Positions 1 to 8,533 of a stretch of 15,705 bases of DNA are shown piece after piece. The translations under genes and the position numbers were made by a program. The stretch covers positions 1 to 15,705 of the forward strand of contig JBHLOI010000071.1 in assembly GCA_048940645.1 (NCBI GenBank), given 5' to 3'. Below the pieces are notes generated by a model. That model saw only the letters and a list, made by a program, of their open reading frames with translations, had not been told where the DNA came from and did no database searches. The number at the start of each line of letters is the position of its first letter. Within the stretch, counting starts at the first letter, position 1. The DNA comes from Promethearchaeota archaeon (GTDB lineage Archaea > Asgardarchaeota > Lokiarchaeia > Sigyniarchaeales > SOKP01).

Positions 1-2
1 TG

Positions 3-431
3 GTCTTAAATCAAATTATTCAAGTATATATCAAATCTGAACAAATAGTCCCTAAATTCAATAGAATTATTGTTAAATTACTGTCTCTATTAGGCGGACT
101 TTATCTATTTTGTTTCTCAAATCATGAAATTAGGTTTATTAAAAAAATTCTTCCTAATAAAGTAAGTAAAAATCAACCAAACTTCTCCCTTGATTTTCTG
201 GGGGCACTCAAAATTGTAAATATTCAATTACGAACAGATGAGGGATTAATACCAGCCTTATTCAGCATAGGAGAGGAACCTTTTGATGATCCTCTGTTGA
301 GAGATAATAAAAAAGTGGATTTTCATTTCAAGGAAGAGCATTATGATTTAATTCTAGAACATAATAAGTCATGCCTTTTGTCCACATTAAAACTCTTGAA
401 AATGAGATACCTTAGATTGAATTTATGGTAA
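3..431 (+). CDS. 3' part of a hypothetical protein (5'-truncated by the window edge; not in the ORF track)
   Basis: Frame 3 is stop-free for 142 codons from the window start to TAA at 429-431 (VLNQIIQVYIKSEQ...KMRYLRLNLW*), which is unlikely by chance at this AT content. No family recognised. Confidence 0.75.
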   Translation, partial: VLNQIIQVYIKSEQIVPKFNRIIVKLLSLLGGLYLFCFSNHEIRFIKKILPNKVSKNQPNFSLDFLGALKIVNIQLRTDEGLIPALFSIGEEPFDDPLLRDNKKVDFHFKEEHYDLILEHNKSCLLSTLKLLKMRYLRLNLW

Positions 432-519
432 TTCTAAAAAAAATTTCAATAAATTTTTGTTTAAATAGATCTGATTTTATTCTAATTCAAATTAAATGTC
501 GTAAGTGAGAGAGTAAAAA

Positions 520-735
520 GTGGATTATGTTTCAGCTGTTCAAGAAAGTATTAATTTTCTCATTGCTCTGGGGTCGCTTATAGGAGTGTTGGGAATCATC
601 ATAGGATTTATTATCGTATTGACCACTTCAAGATATCAGAAAAGAACCGGAATCCAAATTATCATTATAAGTTTAATTTTAATTGCTATTTGCGGATTTT
701 CAACTGGACTGAGATATTTTCATATAGGTTATTAA
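520..735 (+). CDS. small two-TM membrane protein, pilin-like (VirB2/TrbC/CedA1-type) layout
   Basis: 71 aa, GTG start after purine-rich GAGAGAG. Two hydrophobic helices (FLIALGSLIGVLGIIIGFIIVL; IQIIIISLILIAICGF) are joined by the basic loop SRYQKRTG. T-tracts follow at 775-788. The pilin label is inferred from topology only. Confidence 0.7.
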   Translation: MDYVSAVQESINFLIALGSLIGVLGIIIGFIIVLTTSRYQKRTGIQIIIISLILIAICGFSTGLRYFHIGY

Positions 736-884
736 CTAACTCTTTGTAAAATTGCCTTGAGCTATAAAAAGAACTTTTTTAATTTTTTAGGATTAATTGA
801 ATTTAAATTAAAAAGTTGATAATGCAATACTAAGATAAAATTAATAAATTTAAAAATTAAATTAACGGGAGGAAGATATAAGCT

Positions 885-1661
885 TTGCTAATTGATGAAA
901 TATTAACAGAGTTAAAAGAATATTCAGAAAAAAAAAAAACCCAAAAAAAGCGTTCAATAAATCCATTGGAGGACGATGAGCTATTCGGATTTTTAGCCAG
1001 CATAAGGCCAAAAATTAATAAAATTTATCAAACAAACAAAGAATCATTCTACGAACTTATTGGTCAAATGATTGAGATTGATGCAAAATTGAGCTTAAGC
1101 TATTTCTTTCGGAGTTGGGGGGATAATGAAAATACTAAATTTTTGGTCGAAAAAACTATTATGGAGAGATACTTCTTAATGGATGGAGAAGAATACCTAA
1201 AAGGACCTATTTTCTCAAATATCCATATAAGAGGTCGCCAGTTATGGGGTGATTTTCGGCTAACAAGTCATCGATTGCTAATAAGTGGATCATTTGTTAA
1301 AAGCCCAAACGTTTTCGGAATAGGACACGGTTTAACTAGCCTTGTAACACTTGCAATAGAGAGCGGTATAAGAGCGGCAGTGAGAACAGCATCGGAAAAA
1401 AAGATTAAGTCTTTTAAAGAAGCTAATTCTAAAAGATTGGATGAATGTGAACTTATACAAATTCCATTTTTCAATCCTAGAAATATTAAAAAAAAAAAAA
1501 ACACATTCTCGTTTGACACAACTTTTGACATCCAGAAAAAAAACAAAGTAAAATCAATAAGTATGTCTATTAAAATTGTACCAATTGTGATAGGGGACGA
1601 AAAAAAAGAAAAAAAAGAAGAAATTTTACAATTTTTGGAAAATACAATAACTCGAAAATAA
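885..1661 (+). CDS. hypothetical protein with probable PH-like (GRAM/bPH-type) domain
   Basis: 258 aa, TTG start with GGGAGG at 867-872. WGDFRLTSHRLLISG fits the G-x-h-x-LT-x-x-R-h-h-h strand pair of PH-like folds and is followed by a Gly/Ala-rich amphipathic insertion. Confidence 0.65.
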   Translation: MLIDEILTELKEYSEKKKTQKKRSINPLEDDELFGFLASIRPKINKIYQTNKESFYELIGQMIEIDAKLSLSYFFRSWGDNENTKFLVEKTIMERYFLMDGEEYLKGPIFSNIHIRGRQLWGDFRLTSHRLLISGSFVKSPNVFGIGHGLTSLVTLAIESGIRAAVRTASEKKIKSFKEANSKRLDECELIQIPFFNPRNIKKKKNTFSFDTTFDIQKKNKVKSISMSIKIVPIVIGDEKKEKKEEILQFLENTITRK

Positions 1662-1670
1662 TAAAAAAAG

Positions 1671-2027
1671 TTAATGATAACCTTCTGGGATGGGATTTTT
1701 TCCGGTAAAGATACCTAGATTGAGCGGGTCAATAAAAATCATAGCACCTATTATTAATATCACACCAATTAGCAAATATTTTATTCCTTTCTTTCGATCG
1801 ATAAATAAACATATAATCCCTACTCCAAAAAAGATATTACCGATGAAACTCAAGATGCTCCCTAATTGAACAAAAAAGGACGTCACCGTTGAGCCAATAT
1901 AGTACGTCAAATTTATTCCTAAAATTGGAAAAAAGACAAGACAAAACGCTAAGACTCCCATAAAAATCCAAAAAACATTGGAACCTCGTCTTCCTTGCCG
2001 ATATCCAAAATTTTTATCGCGTCTCAT
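1671..2027 (-). CDS. small membrane protein (about 3 TM)
   Basis: 118 aa with a basic N-terminus and three hydrophobic segments. GGTGA RBS at 2032-2036, 15 nt downstream of the 224-aa gene, T7 tract right after the stop. Confidence 0.8.
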   Translation of the reverse strand: MRRDKNFGYRQGRRGSNVFWIFMGVLAFCLVFFPILGINLTYYIGSTVTSFFVQLGSILSFIGNIFFGVGIICLFIDRKKGIKYLLIGVILIIGAMIFIDPLNLGIFTGKNPIPEGYH

Positions 2028-2031
2028 TCAA

Positions 2032-2036
2032 TCACC
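2032..2036 (-). promoter_or_regulatory. archaeal-type Shine-Dalgarno GGTGA
   Basis: tcacc on the + strand, 4 nt upstream of the ATG at 2027. Confidence 0.6.
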
Positions 2037-2042
2037 AATTTT

Positions 2043-2717
2043 TCATTGCTTAAGGTTAATTACTTCAGCAAAATAGGTGTTAACATCTGTGAAAGGGACG
2101 ATATTGAAATTGGAATACAAATTTGGAGGGAATTTCGCCATTCTTATTCTGGTCAGAAAGTAATAGACTGATATTGATATCGCAAATATGCCACTACTGA
2201 GATACATAATTGAATTCCAAAGATATTTCGACGATATAAATCCCAATATCGAAATAACTAGGAAAAACACCGCAAATACAGCTATAACTAGCATGGAAGT
2301 AAATATAAATTTGTTATACTTATCATTAGTCAATCGATCATAACTTTCCTGTAAAATCACATTGTTTTCAAACGTATTTCCTTTACTTAAAATCTGTTTC
2401 ACCTTCAAAAGGCGACTATTTCTGATAATTATATTTGTACATCCCTCAATGTGGAGCTGGGATATGGTACAATTATCAATCACTATGTTTTGGCACCGAA
2501 CTAACGATAACCTTATAAAATGCTGACTTTTTAGGTGGATATTAGTCTTAGTGCCCGTAAAAGTCAAATCGATTGGAAAATGATTTCCATTCTCGATAAA
2601 ATCAGGCTCAATATTGGTACCTCTTATCTTCCATCCCAATTGGCTAGCATATTTTTTAATAAATTTTTTTCTGATATGATATTTTTGTGGCTTGTTTTTA
2701 GTTATCAAATTATTCAA
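2043..2717 (-). CDS. membrane protein with short right-handed beta-helix repeats and two C-terminal TM helices
   Basis: 224 aa. The periodic segments LSLVRCQNIVIDNCTI / LHIEGCTNIIIRNSRL / SKGNTFENNVI are typical parallel beta-helix coils, followed by two hydrophobic helices. Confidence 0.75.
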   Translation of the reverse strand: MNNLITKNKPQKYHIRKKFIKKYASQLGWKIRGTNIEPDFIENGNHFPIDLTFTGTKTNIHLKSQHFIRLSLVRCQNIVIDNCTISQLHIEGCTNIIIRNSRLLKVKQILSKGNTFENNVILQESYDRLTNDKYNKFIFTSMLVIAVFAVFFLVISILGFISSKYLWNSIMYLSSGIFAISISVYYFLTRIRMAKFPPNLYSNFNIVPFTDVNTYFAEVINLKQ

Positions 2718-2874
2718 CTTATTTTTTTAAGATGATTTAATCTGTTATAAGAGTATTTATATTTAAAGAAAAATTGAGAACTGAATACTTTTTAAAACTG
2801 TATTATGTAATTTTTCTTTATATACTTAGACAAATTGTAAAGAGTAATTCAATTTCATACTAAAGATTAATTTC

Positions 2875-3618
2875 ATGTTTGAAGAATTACTGTTCATGAT
2901 TGGGTTTACGATAATCTCTATCTCCATTTCCTACATTTTGTTAGAATATATTCCAGAACCTCTAAATAAATTGGTTAAAGGGCTAGCTATCATCGGAATT
3001 GTAATTCATGAACTCTGCCATATTGTCATGTGCATCATTACTAATACAAAAATTCATAGTGTTAGCTTAATTCAAAGAGTACACGAACCAGATGTAAAGC
3101 ATCATCCTGGATTTGGTGGAAGAGTAACCATTGGAAACAGCGAAAATTTAGCTTTTTTACAGGCGCTTCTAATCGCATTAGCCCCGATTTATCTTTCTTT
3201 CTGGTTATTCTTTTTTCTGCTGGAACAATTGTTATATAGGAACTTAGACGTGCTCATATTTTTTATAATCGTATTCGTTATGATCTCCATCATTTTGGGT
3301 GCATCCCCTTCAATCGCGGACATTTGTAATATTCCTAAAGCGCTTAATCGAGATCCAATCTATTCAATATACCAGATATTTCTTTTAATTTTATCAGGAG
3401 CCACCGTATGGCTTATAATGACACTTTATAATATTAATGTCATTCATGAACTTTTCTATTATGTGTTTATTTTTGTCGGATACTACGGATTTAAATACGG
3501 CTTGTCGGGATTACATGAAATGTATTATTCATTAAGCAAGTCTCCAAAAAAAATAAAATCTAGAAACCTCACTCGGAGAAGATTAAAACCTAAAAAGCCA
3601 AGGAAAATAAAGTATTAA
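2875..3618 (+). CDS. membrane-embedded zinc metalloprotease (M50/M50B-like or DUF3267-like zincin)
   Basis: HELCH (HExxH) lies at the end of a TM helix, followed by GGRV, IALAP and a distal SPSIAD carrying a candidate third Zn ligand. About 6 TM segments and a very basic C-terminal tail. Confidence 0.8.
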   Translation: MFEELLFMIGFTIISISISYILLEYIPEPLNKLVKGLAIIGIVIHELCHIVMCIITNTKIHSVSLIQRVHEPDVKHHPGFGGRVTIGNSENLAFLQALLIALAPIYLSFWLFFFLLEQLLYRNLDVLIFFIIVFVMISIILGASPSIADICNIPKALNRDPIYSIYQIFLLILSGATVWLIMTLYNINVIHELFYYVFIFVGYYGFKYGLSGLHEMYYSLSKSPKKIKSRNLTRRRLKPKKPRKIKY

Positions 3619-3621
3619 ATT

Positions 3622-3636
3622 AAAAAAAAAAAAAAA
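3622..3636 (-). terminator. oligo-T (T15) archaeal-type terminator of the 728-aa gene
   Basis: A15 on + equals T15 on -, starting 19 nt after the stop at 3655, between convergent genes. Confidence 0.55.
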
Positions 3637-3654
3637 GAAGAGTTAAGATTAGAG

Positions 3655-5841
3655 TTAGGTCGGCTCTGGGGGAACGTACGGTTTAATCTCAACAGATTGT
3701 TCCGCTTCACTAGTTTCTTGAACACCATCATAATTTATATTATTTTTAACGATCACGTTAATTGTGTGAATCCCTACCATACCTTGTAAAGGAACTTCAA
3801 GAAGTATACTCTCCACCCCACCGAGGTTATCTTGAAATTCGTAGTACACCTCACCCTCAAAACTAATCGTTATATATACCTCACCCAGCCCTGATTCTTC
3901 ATCTAAAAGATACACCGCCCAATGTCCTGGATCATCTTCACTATACGTTCCTTCATATTGAAGTAAAATCTCTGGCGGAGTGTCATCATAATCTCCTGGC
4001 ACTGGGGGTTGATAGGGTTCAATCTCTATAGATTTTTCCAATTCGCTGGTTTCTTGAACGCCATCATAATTTATATCATTCTTTACGATAATTTTAATTG
4101 TATGAATCCCTTCGATACCTTGTAAAGGAACTTCATAAACTTTACTCTCTACACCACCGAGATTCTCTTGAATTTCGTAGTAGACCTCACCCTCAAAACT
4201 TAACTGGATAGATACCTCGCCTAGTCCCGATTCTTCATCATATATGTATACTGTCCATTCCCCTGGAGCATTTACCACATAATTTCCATCATATTGTTCT
4301 AAAATAATCGGGGGAGTGTCATCATCTAGTTCTGGATCTGGGGGTATATACGGCTCTATTTCTGCTGATTGTTCTGCTTCATTGGTTTCTTGAACACCAT
4401 CATAATTAATATCGTTTTTTACGATCACTTTGATAGTGTGAATCCCTACGATACCTTGTAAAGGAACTTCATACAATTTATCGTATATTCCGTCAAGAGT
4501 TTCTTGAAATTCATAGTACACCTCACCCTCAAAGCTTATCTGGATATATACCTCACCCAGCCCCGATTCTTCATCATATGGATACACCGCCCAATGTCCT
4601 GCATCATCTTCGGTATGCGTTCCTTGATATTGAATAAAAATGTTCGGCGGAGTGTCATCTACCTCATGCACAGTTACAAGTACAGTATCCTCAGCAAAAT
4701 TTCCATAGGTATCATAAACTGTGATCACAAACCCGTAAGTACCTACCAAAAGTCCATCAATATTTATGGTAATAGGACTTCCGGATTCCCATACTCCACT
4801 CTCATAAAATCCACCATCTTTTAAAACCGTAAATGTATCAGGATGGTCATCAGAAGCAATCCACGTAATAAGATTTCCTGTACTTTCAATTGCGTAAGCG
4901 ATATCCTCTGGATGATCTATTATTGGCGGAGTATCATCTGGTACTGGTAAAACTTCAAATCCACCGGAAAAAGATCCATATTCCAACTCACGAGTGCAGA
5001 ACCAGCCATTATAATAACTAAATTCGTTATATATGGTATGCCACCCTACTGCTAAAGAGTCGGGCTCATAGATATGATAATAGACCACCCAGTATGTAGG
5101 TTCTCCAATTATTTCACCAAGTTCATCGTACCACCAGAGCATACTCATTTCAACCTCTTCTCCATCTACATACGCAGTCCAGGTATACGGTGGATTAAAT
5201 AAATGCTCCTCTCGTTCAGATTCGGTTTGACCTAAAGCATAAATCATGTAGTTGGTATCCCCCGCAAAAACTTGTGCATTATTATGGATACGATTTTCAC
5301 CAGTAAGGAAAGAGTGAAGTATTGTTTGGCGAAGACTGATTTCACCTGAGACTTCGAATCCACCCGAAAACGAGCCTTCAACTTTTTCGCGATTTCGAAA
5401 TCGTCCATTGTAGTAGCTATATTCATTATATATGGTATGCGGTCCTACTGCTAAAGAATCGGACTCATACACATGATAGAAAAGGGTCCAGAGGATTGGT
5501 TCTCCAATTTTCTCTCCAAATTCATCATACCACCATAATCTTTTTAGTTCAACCTCCTCTCCATCTACATACGCAGTCCAGCTATAGGGGCGTCCAAATA
5601 AATGCTCTTGTCGTTCAGATTCGGTTTGACCTAAAGCATAAATCATGTAGTTGGTATCGCCCACATAAACGTACCCTTGATTGTGGATATGTTGTTCACC
5701 CGTTCGGAAGGCGTGGATTATCTGTTGATAGAAGAAGTAGTAATTTCCTTGAGGTTGAGCCTGAACAGATGTTAGAGGTATACAAAATGCAATTCCCATT
5801 ATTAATGCTAATAGACTTAATTTTAATGTTCGTTTTCGCAT
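3655..5841 (-). CDS. secreted/cell-surface repeat protein: signal peptide, 2 x 133-aa domains, 1 Ig-like domain, 3 x 112-aa Ig-like repeats
   Basis: The N-terminus MRKRTLKLSLLALIMGIAFCIPLTSVQA is a Sec signal peptide. Acidic beta-rich domains begin with DDTPP. GTYGFVITVYDTYGN is a typical Ig-like F strand. No C-terminal TM anchor. Confidence 0.85.
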   Translation of the reverse strand: MRKRTLKLSLLALIMGIAFCIPLTSVQAQPQGNYYFFYQQIIHAFRTGEQHIHNQGYVYVGDTNYMIYALGQTESERQEHLFGRPYSWTAYVDGEEVELKRLWWYDEFGEKIGEPILWTLFYHVYESDSLAVGPHTIYNEYSYYNGRFRNREKVEGSFSGGFEVSGEISLRQTILHSFLTGENRIHNNAQVFAGDTNYMIYALGQTESEREEHLFNPPYTWTAYVDGEEVEMSMLWWYDELGEIIGEPTYWVVYYHIYEPDSLAVGWHTIYNEFSYYNGWFCTRELEYGSFSGGFEVLPVPDDTPPIIDHPEDIAYAIESTGNLITWIASDDHPDTFTVLKDGGFYESGVWESGSPITINIDGLLVGTYGFVITVYDTYGNFAEDTVLVTVHEVDDTPPNIFIQYQGTHTEDDAGHWAVYPYDEESGLGEVYIQISFEGEVYYEFQETLDGIYDKLYEVPLQGIVGIHTIKVIVKNDINYDGVQETNEAEQSAEIEPYIPPDPELDDDTPPIILEQYDGNYVVNAPGEWTVYIYDEESGLGEVSIQLSFEGEVYYEIQENLGGVESKVYEVPLQGIEGIHTIKIIVKNDINYDGVQETSELEKSIEIEPYQPPVPGDYDDTPPEILLQYEGTYSEDDPGHWAVYLLDEESGLGEVYITISFEGEVYYEFQDNLGGVESILLEVPLQGMVGIHTINVIVKNNINYDGVQETSEAEQSVEIKPYVPPEPT
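3658..4659 (-). repeat. three tandem 336-nt intragenic repeats (112 aa)
   Basis: DDTPP at aa 395, 507 and 619. The motif tttcttgaac[a/g]ccatcataatt recurs at exact 336-nt spacing (its g at 3720, 4056, 4392). Confidence 0.95.
4951..5727 (-). repeat. two tandem 399-nt-period intragenic repeats (133 aa)
   Basis: GDTNYMIYALGQTESER at aa 61 and 194; a 48-nt identical stretch at 5212-5259 and 5611-5658. Confidence 0.95.
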
Positions 5842-6016
5842 TTCTAATCTACCTTTTTTGACTTTTTTTACTCAATTATTGTTGTACTTGGATGTCAAAA
5901 ACTAGTATTCAAAATGATTATTTAACATTTTTGTATAAAAAGTGTTGTCTAAACTTAATTTTTTCTTTAAATAAGCCTTCAAATATCATATTGTAAAACT
6001 CTAAATATGTCTAGTT

Positions 6017-8032
6017 ATGACGAATATCTATAATGAAGAACATTCTTTCAGTACGCGAATAAATAGAGCCTTGTTCAAGGCTAATCCATTCTTTTGGAGC
6101 TATGTTGAAGTACTGCGCCGTCCTAAGTTTAGTGACCAAACGCAGAAAACTACTTCATGGATATTTGACCCTTTAATTACAAAGGGAAAGATTTATGGGC
6201 TGAAACTTCAATTAATTCCTAAATTCTCTTGGAAATTTCTATTAATGCCTTATTCAAATTCAGAAGATGCTTTCATAGCAGGCGTTAAGTTTCGTGATAA
6301 TCTTACTGCCAGATTCCCAGGACTAGTCGCAAAAATTCGCACAGTTTCAGTTCTGCCCTACTATCATAAAAGAAACAAGCGATTCTGGGAGGTTAAAATA
6401 CCACCACGGATTGATTTCTTTTATGGGAAAGTTAATCTGTTCCAAAAATTGATTAATTTCTTGTGGTTAAATCAGACGAAAAGACATATTACAGCATATA
6501 TTTTCTGGCAACGAGACCCAACTCATGAATATTATCCTAATTTTTATCCTCCATCATCCGACCAAGAAAATTTCTCGCCTAAATCGAGTAAAAAACGCAG
6601 AAGACATTACCTCAAATATTATGCAATAAGAATTCTAATCAATGTAGAATTAGACGATACTCGAAACTTACCTAAAGATGATCTAGAGTTATTGGGACAA
6701 TTAAACACATTCGCGACTGGAATTCAAAATAGTTTTGCCCAAGGAGCTACACTTGAATCAGCTGATGAAAGTACCTGGTATGAAATTTTAAATGGACGCG
6801 TTTTTAAAGAAGATCATGTCGCATTCATTAAACCAAAAGAATTTGATTTTGAGTTTTTAGATAATATACCTCTTAAGCAACCTTTATGGCTCGATGATGA
6901 AAATGTTGAGTTAGAACCGTATGATAAAAATGATTCTGCGAAAATTAATATTGGCTCTTTAGTATATCGCGGAACTCTCACTACTCATAACAAACCCATG
7001 AAAATAGAGCATTTACATCAAAGGGCACTTATTATCGGCAATAATGGAGTGGGAAAAACGTATTTTGTAATTGATCTATTAAGCCAAATCTATACCAAAC
7101 GAGATGATATCGGATTTATCTATGTGAATACCGTAAAACCTGAGCAACAGAAATTTTTTAAAGTTGGAAAAGTCGTAGATCTAATACTTAAATGGAACAC
7201 TCCAGAATGTTGGGTACCCTACTATACCTCAGATGGGAATATCTACGATACGGCTCGTTATATTATTGCGCAATTGGGATTAAAGAATTTCTTTGAGAGT
7301 AATTTGGTGGAAGTTCTGGATATGTACATAGAAGATCATGCAACGCCCCCCGAATCGATTGAAGTCTTATTAGATAACCTTGTAAAGTTTATTGAAACTG
7401 ATAAAGAATTAGATAATAAAACAAAGTCTCGCCGAGTTTCGTACCTTAAAACTCAGATCGCAAAAATCACTCGCGATAAAAGCATTGTACAAAATTTAGA
7501 ACTACGCAATGAGGCTATTCAATGGTTTAGTGCCCTCATGAATGGAGCAGGAATATTCCTCGATTTAAGTGACTGTAAAAGCCGCGATGCTCAACGGTTG
7601 TTTTTATGTGCTCTTTTTAATTACTTAAGAGATAAACTCCCGCAAACTGACAAATTAAAAGTTATTATCGCGATTGACGAAGCGCACCGCCTATTCCAGG
7701 AGCAAACCGGTCAACATGTTCACGATGACGATTTTATCTCCTTTAAAGGTTTTCAAGACCTTATGGCTGAATTAATTGAAGAATCGCGAAGCCAAGGCAT
7801 TTCGTTTATTTTTATTGACCAAGACCCGAAACTGCTCATGAGTAAAGTGAGAAGCGCCCCAATGGTGCATTTTATTTTTACTCTCGATGAAGATAACGCG
7901 AAATTATTGGCGCATAACAAAAGTCAAGAAGAACTCATCAATAACATAGGAAATCGAGAAGTCTTCTGCCGAAATAAAATAACTAAAGAAAAATTTGTGT
8001 TCCACACTAATGATGTGCTGATGGATGATTAA
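6017..8032 (+). CDS. HerA/FtsK-superfamily (DUF87; HerA/VirB4/VirD4-like) P-loop ATPase with long N-terminal domain
   Basis: Walker A GNNGVGKT (aa 341-348), helical insert, Walker B IIAIDEAH (D554). The arginine-finger/glutamine motif ESRSQGISFIFIDQDP (R591, Q602) matches the family's E-x-R-K-x-G-hhhh-x-Q pattern. Confidence 0.85.
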   Translation: MTNIYNEEHSFSTRINRALFKANPFFWSYVEVLRRPKFSDQTQKTTSWIFDPLITKGKIYGLKLQLIPKFSWKFLLMPYSNSEDAFIAGVKFRDNLTARFPGLVAKIRTVSVLPYYHKRNKRFWEVKIPPRIDFFYGKVNLFQKLINFLWLNQTKRHITAYIFWQRDPTHEYYPNFYPPSSDQENFSPKSSKKRRRHYLKYYAIRILINVELDDTRNLPKDDLELLGQLNTFATGIQNSFAQGATLESADESTWYEILNGRVFKEDHVAFIKPKEFDFEFLDNIPLKQPLWLDDENVELEPYDKNDSAKINIGSLVYRGTLTTHNKPMKIEHLHQRALIIGNNGVGKTYFVIDLLSQIYTKRDDIGFIYVNTVKPEQQKFFKVGKVVDLILKWNTPECWVPYYTSDGNIYDTARYIIAQLGLKNFFESNLVEVLDMYIEDHATPPESIEVLLDNLVKFIETDKELDNKTKSRRVSYLKTQIAKITRDKSIVQNLELRNEAIQWFSALMNGAGIFLDLSDCKSRDAQRLFLCALFNYLRDKLPQTDKLKVIIAIDEAHRLFQEQTGQHVHDDDFISFKGFQDLMAELIEESRSQGISFIFIDQDPKLLMSKVRSAPMVHFIFTLDEDNAKLLAHNKSQEELINNIGNREVFCRNKITKEKFVFHTNDVLMDD

Positions 8033-8140
8033 GAGTATTTGCTAGAGAAATCACTCTCTTGGTTTCGATCTTGACAAAACTAGCATATATCATATAATTT
8101 TTATAATAAAAGTAAAAATTAAGGCTTAATAAGAAAAAGG

Positions 8141-8506
8141 TTACTTTTGTAAGAGTTTTTGTTTTAAGAATTTTTTTTTATCTTCTAATAGTTCTAATTC
8201 TTTACCTAAAAAATTATAAATCTCTCTAGCAGTTTTTTCAGTCATTATTAATTCACATACTATTGTATGATTCATTTCAACGTTAGACAATTTTTCCGAA
8301 AATTCTTTTTCACTAAATTTCTTATCTTTAAGATTCTGTGTATTCATTACGAATTCATTTGAATCTACATTAAAAAAGGATAATCGAAAATCATATGGAT
8401 TTCTAAAACCCCCTATTGCTCCCGTTACATAATAGTTTTTGAAATCTGGAGATTTTATATATTTTTTTAAGGGTTTAAATTCAAAAATTCTTGTTTCTTC
8501 TTTCAT
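8141..8506 (-). CDS. DUF3467-like small protein
   Basis: 121 aa. YVTGAIGG..NPYDFRLSFF followed by ELIMTEKTAREIYNFL resembles the DUF3467 pattern as recalled. It lies 27 nt after the upstream gene. Confidence 0.65.
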   Translation of the reverse strand: MKEETRIFEFKPLKKYIKSPDFKNYYVTGAIGGFRNPYDFRLSFFNVDSNEFVMNTQNLKDKKFSEKEFSEKLSNVEMNHTIVCELIMTEKTAREIYNFLGKELELLEDKKKFLKQKLLQK

Positions 8507-8533
8507 TTTTACTCATCTCATTTATTGAATATA

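Noticed and set aside
3658-5727. Repeats as a diversity-generating retroelement TR/VR pair or a CRISPR array
   Set aside because: The repeats are in-frame protein domains. Differences include many synonymous third-position changes and do not look adenine-specific. No reverse transcriptase or repeat-spacer structure is present.
6017-8032. Calling the ATPase herA, virB4 or cedB
   Set aside because: The motifs establish only the superfamily; diagnostic partner genes are absent from the window.
8031-8060. Hairpin after the ATPase stop as an intrinsic terminator
   Set aside because: Only a 5-bp stem (agaga/tctct) with no convincing T-tract.
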